From a virus (taxonomy: Duplodnaviria; Caudoviricetes), in the IMG/VR virus record IMGVR_UViG_3300033072_000181, positions 9,712-73,711 of that record: DNA of 64,000 bases. One strand, 5' to 3'. Below, in pieces: positions 63,912 to 64,000 of the stretch (position 1 is the first letter of the stretch; the number at the start of each line of letters is the position of its first letter). The position numbers and the translations under genes are program-made. Below the pieces are notes generated by a model. The model saw only the letters and a program-made list of their open reading frames with translations, was not told the DNA's origin and made no database searches.

Positions 63912-64000
63912 TTGCAGGTAGAGCTTGCAGGTAGAGCTTGCAGGTAGAGCTTGCAGGTAGAGCTTGCAGGTAGAGCTTGCAGGTAGAGCTTGCAGGTAGA
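63912..64000. repeat. Perfect 13-bp tandem array (TTGCAGGTAGAGC)n, at least 6.8 units, running off the window
   Basis: Read directly from the sequence. Confidence 0.95.

Noticed and set aside
63912-64000. CRISPR array
   Set aside because: Contiguous identical 13-mers with no spacers and no cas genes.
1-64000. Integrase, repressor or DNA methyltransferase
   Set aside because: No recognisable motifs in the ORF track; they could still lie outside the window.

Overview
This is a continuous stretch of an AT-rich, apparently lytic tailed-phage genome with siphovirus-type morphogenesis genes. No integrase, repressor, CRISPR array or canonical tRNA was seen. The sigma70-type promoters and a lipobox protein suggest a Gram-negative host (inference). 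There are three blocks. (1) 1-27.9 kb, + strand: virion and lysis genes (portal, fibre-like proteins, XkdF-like protease, scaffold, decoration protein, lambda-E-like capsid, neck, two paralogous tail-tube genes, chaperones, tape measure, tail tip, fibre, holin, M15 endolysin). (2) 28-50.4 kb, - strand: nucleotide metabolism and replication (NrdA/B, ThyX, exonucleases, endonuclease VII, SSB, family-A polymerase, primase-helicase, RNA and DNA ligases). (3) 50.5-64 kb, + strand: small early or accessory genes under strong TTGACA-N17 promoters, ending in a 13-bp tandem array. Selfish elements: a group I intron with an HNH ORF in the portal gene, an ORF-less group I intron in polymerase motif C, a Gln-terminated intein in NrdA, and three free-standing endonuclease genes. 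Unexplained structure found by reading the DNA: a five-copy promoter motif ATTACTTT-N20-TATAATA, a 74-nt tRNA-sized cloverleaf after ssb, TAA-initiated octamer arrays at several gene 3' ends, a probable +1 tail-chaperone frameshift, an unannotated ArfA-like ORF, and three Ala-repeat paralogues whose stop codons are built into the next promoter. All product calls rest on motif recognition by eye; no database search was run.
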